From Archangiaceae bacterium (GTDB lineage: Bacteria > Myxococcota > Myxococcia > Myxococcales > Myxococcaceae), in NCBI GenBank assembly GCA_043750125.1, contig JAYVCD010000395.1, positions 1 to 17,240 of the forward strand: a stretch of DNA of 17,240 bases, in the 5' to 3' direction. Of the stretch, positions 15,710 through 17,240 are shown one piece after another. The notes below the pieces were generated by a model. It had not been told where the DNA came from and ran no database searches. It saw nothing but the letters and a program-made list of their open reading frames with translations. The position numbers were made by a program, and so were the translations under genes. Within the stretch, counting starts at the first letter, position 1, and every line of letters begins with the position of its first letter.

Positions 15710-17240
15710 GTGGCCGCGATCGTCATCCGCTACCCCGACGGAACCGAGCATGAACAAGAGCTCGCGGGGCAGCTCACGGTGGGCCGCGCCGACGGCAACG
15801 ATCTCGTCCTCGCCGAAGGTGGAGTTTCGCGCAAGCACGCCCGCTTCTTCCTCGACGGCGCGCAGGTGCTGGTCGAAGACACCGGTTCGGCCAACGGGAC
15901 CTTCGTCGACGGAGAGAAGATCGCCGAGCCGACCAAGGTGGGCCCCCGCGCCCAGGTCGTCATCGGGGACTACGAAATCAAGCTCAAGGGCAATGGCACC
16001 GCTCCGGAAGCCAGCCGACCGAAGTCGAAGGCCGGCGGCGCCAGAGGCCCGGTTCCGACCGCTGCCGGCAGTACCGATCGCACCACCGCCCAGAAGGTGA
16101 TCAAGCCCCCGCGGGCGACCGGAACGATGCCGGCGATGAGGAAAGACTCGGCCGCCGGAGCCGCCCTCGCCAAGCGCACCCGGCCGACCGCCAACGCAGG
16201 CGCGGTGTTGAGGGGCCTGACCAGCCCGTTCATGAACAAGAGCTACCCCCTCAAGGGGACGATGGTGATCGGCCGCGTCCCCGGCACCGACGTGCAGCTC
16301 GACGACGATTCGGTCAGCCGCCGCCACGCCGAATTGGTGATGACCGGCAAGACGGTGGTGCTCAAGGACCTCGGCAGCGCCAACGGCACGACCGTCAACG
16401 GCCAGCCGCTGACCGGAGAAGTGACCCTGCGTCCGGGCGACATCATTCAATTCGGCGTCGTCGAGATGGCGTACGAGAACAGCGCCAGCGACGAGTCGCG
16501 GCTTCCGGTTCGCAGGTCTGCCGGTCGGCCCGCCGGGGGACTGCGCAAAGGACGGCGCGACGAGGTCGAGGACGAAGATCTCAGTGGCGAGTTCGAGCGG
16601 TCTTCGCCCGGCCTTGATCCGCGAAAGAAACGGCTGCTGGTGGGCGCGGGGCTCGTCTTGGCGGTGCTGACCGGCGGGGTGTTGGTCTTCGCTTTCAAGA
16701 CGCCTCCTGCGGCCGACCCCGACCTGCTCGCCAAGGCGAAAAATCCGATGGTCGCGGCGCTGCCGGTCGAGCAGCAAATCGACGAGTACCTCTCGCAATG
16801 CCGCCAGTATTCCTCGGTCGACCTGGGCGAGCCGAACTGGGAACGCGCCGAGAGCTACTGCAAGAAGGTGCTCGACCTCGAGCCGATTCACCAGGAAGCC
16901 AACCAGCTGCTGGCGCGGATCAAGGTCGAACGGAAATGCGAAGACAACTTCACCAAAGCCAAGAAGCTGCTCTCGCGGCTGCGCGAGGACGAAGCGCTGG
17001 ACGCGCTCAAAGAGATCGCTCCCGGCTGCAGCTACTACGTCAAGGCACTGCCGCTGGTGAAGGAAGCGATCGAAGGGGTGAAGAAGCGGGTCGGGGTCGA
17101 GTGCAAGGACTACAGCAGCAACGGGAAGATCGCCGAGGCCCTCAAGCCCTGCGAGCGGTACATGTCCTTTGCGTGCCAGACGATGAAGCCCGAAGAGCTC
17201 TACCCTCCTGCGCTCAAGGTGTTGTGCCTCAGTGGCAATG
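15710..17240 (+). CDS. Tandem-FHA membrane protein with Cys-rich TPR-like exported domain (KilD-like), 3' end truncated
   Basis: My manual translation from the GTG at 15710 (SD GAGGA, 15699-15703) is open for 510 codons to the window end. FHA1 is LTVGRADGND...VSRKHA...DTGSANGTFVDG and FHA2 is MVIGRVPGTD...VSRRHA...DLGSANGTTVNG. A TM segment RKKRLLVGAGLVLAVLTGGVLVFAF (about 16622-16696) is followed by TPR-like WERAESYCKKVLDLEPIHQEANQLL. The ORF track omits it because no stop codon lies in the window. Confidence 0.9.
   Translation, partial: MAAIVIRYPDGTEHEQELAGQLTVGRADGNDLVLAEGGVSRKHARFFLDGAQVLVEDTGSANGTFVDGEKIAEPTKVGPRAQVVIGDYEIKLKGNGTAPEASRPKSKAGGARGPVPTAAGSTDRTTAQKVIKPPRATGTMPAMRKDSAAGAALAKRTRPTANAGAVLRGLTSPFMNKSYPLKGTMVIGRVPGTDVQLDDDSVSRRHAELVMTGKTVVLKDLGSANGTTVNGQPLTGEVTLRPGDIIQFGVVEMAYENSASDESRLPVRRSAGRPAGGLRKGRRDEVEDEDLSGEFERSSPGLDPRKKRLLVGAGLVLAVLTGGVLVFAFKTPPAADPDLLAKAKNPMVAALPVEQQIDEYLSQCRQYSSVDLGEPNWERAESYCKKVLDLEPIHQEANQLLARIKVERKCEDNFTKAKKLLSRLREDEALDALKEIAPGCSYYVKALPLVKEAIEGVKKRVGVECKDYSSNGKIAEALKPCERYMSFACQTMKPEELYPPALKVLCLSGN

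Larger units (their letters stand above)
7518..17240 (+). other. Kil cluster 1-like Tad apparatus locus (contact-dependent prey killing)
   Basis: Gene order is lipoprotein, lipoprotein, FHA protein, prepilin peptidase, secretin, FHA-ATPase, multi-FHA protein. This matches my recollection of M. xanthus kil cluster 1 (MXAN_3102-3108). Orthology was not computed. Confidence 0.82.

Noticed and set aside
4350-16891. Long antisense or alternate-frame ORFs (4350..5843, 5338..6678, 7562..8806, 8765..10261, 13488..14465, 15647..16891 and others)
   Set aside because: These are expected in high-GC coding DNA where off-frame stops are scarce. They overlap well-supported genes and have no domain signatures.
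1-17240. CRISPR arrays, tRNA/rRNA genes, IS elements, prophage or toxin-immunity effector genes
   Set aside because: I saw no spaced direct repeats, RNA gene signatures, transposase or integrase motifs, or recognisable toxin domains. Nearly all of the sequence is accounted for by the CDSs listed.

Overview
A GC-rich, densely coding window that looks myxobacterial (Myxococcota); this is inferred from the gene families present. From left to right it holds: a divergent VWA/MIDAS lipoprotein (minus strand, cut by the window edge and missing from the ORF track), a Cys-rich lipoprotein, a membrane Hanks-type Ser/Thr kinase with a C-terminal PEGA-like domain, and glyQ-glyS. Seven co-oriented genes follow: two beta-propeller-like lipoproteins, a putative ribbon-helix-helix/FHA protein, a CpaA-type prepilin peptidase, a CpaC/RcpA secretin, an FHA-fused CpaF/TadA ATPase and a tandem-FHA membrane protein (cut by the right edge, missing from the ORF track). 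This order matches what I recall of cluster 1 of the Myxococcus xanthus Kil Tad-like contact-dependent prey-killing system (kilA, kilC, kilF, kilD). The core system is therefore probably known rather than new, and it predicts a predatory host with pilin and platform genes elsewhere. Less-described features are four intact FHA domains near a receptor-like kinase, a possible RHH-FHA regulator with its own promoter, several apparently leaderless or short-leader genes, Cys-stapled TPR-like repeats in the KilD-like protein, and a DGG motif confined to the lipoproteins. No RNA genes, mobile elements or CRISPR arrays were seen. All calls come from reading motifs by eye; no searches were run.
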